DNA from: Octopus sinensis
Lineage: Eukaryota
NCBI RefSeq assembly: GCF_006345805.1
Contig: NC_042999.1
Location: forward strand, 112,282,001-112,346,000
Direction of reading: 5' to 3'
DNA: 64,000 bases
Translations under genes and position numbers: made by a program
Notes under the pieces: model-generated
What the model saw: only the letters and a program-made list of their open reading frames with translations
Told to the model about the DNA's origin: nothing
Database searches by the model: none
Part shown: in pieces, positions 63,680 to 64,000 of the stretch
Numbering within the stretch: the stretch's first letter is position 1
How the letters are laid out: each line of letters starts with the position of its first letter

Positions 63680-64000
63680 GCAAAAAAAACAAATTCATAA
63701 AATAAAATTAATTAATTAATACCAAACAATAAAAACAAGCAATAAAATAATTAAATTATAAAAGAGGGGGAGAGTCAGCATTAAAAACAAGAAACAAAAT
63801 AAAAAACAAAAATGAAAGGTAAATTAATACAATAAATATAAATCAAATAATTAAACATGGATGAGAAAAAAACAAACAAACAAACAAACAAGTAAATAAA
63901 CAAACAAAACACAGCAAAAGATAACTGAATGAATAAATGAATGTAATAAGATGTAATGCGGAAAATAAATAGATTCTTAATTAGTATGATAGCTGTCATC

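Overview
Eukaryotic, very AT-rich, microsatellite-saturated genomic DNA. The SINE/LINE families look like those I recall from octopus, so a coleoid cephalopod origin is inferred, not proven. No host gene can be confidently named: nearly all ORF-track entries are microsatellite translations or transposon pieces. Supported content: (1) a near full-length but disrupted R4/Dong-clade non-LTR retrotransposon (about 39.9-44.0 kb, minus), with three more 5'-truncated R4/Dong copies stacked head-to-tail in (TAA)n tracts; (2) a 5'-truncated CR1-group LINE with an open RT frame (57.2-59.8 kb); (3) a decayed RTE LINE (23.1-24.8 kb) and many RTE 3' tails; (4) three near full-length defective mariners, one mariner 3' fragment, a mariner-type MITE and a TTAA piggyBac-type MITE; (5) many copies of two tRNA-derived SINE families; (6) several Penelope-like palindromes with hammerhead-ribozyme-like motifs. 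The most unusual object is a TSD-flanked, roughly 600-bp inverted dimer at 26.1-26.7 kb, in which each arm is a tRNA-like head, an (AAT)n spacer and a minimal hammerhead ribozyme. This looks like a ribozyme-bearing SINE mobilised in Penelope style. A few phase-compatible plus-strand exon candidates are reported at low confidence. All alignments and folds were done by eye.
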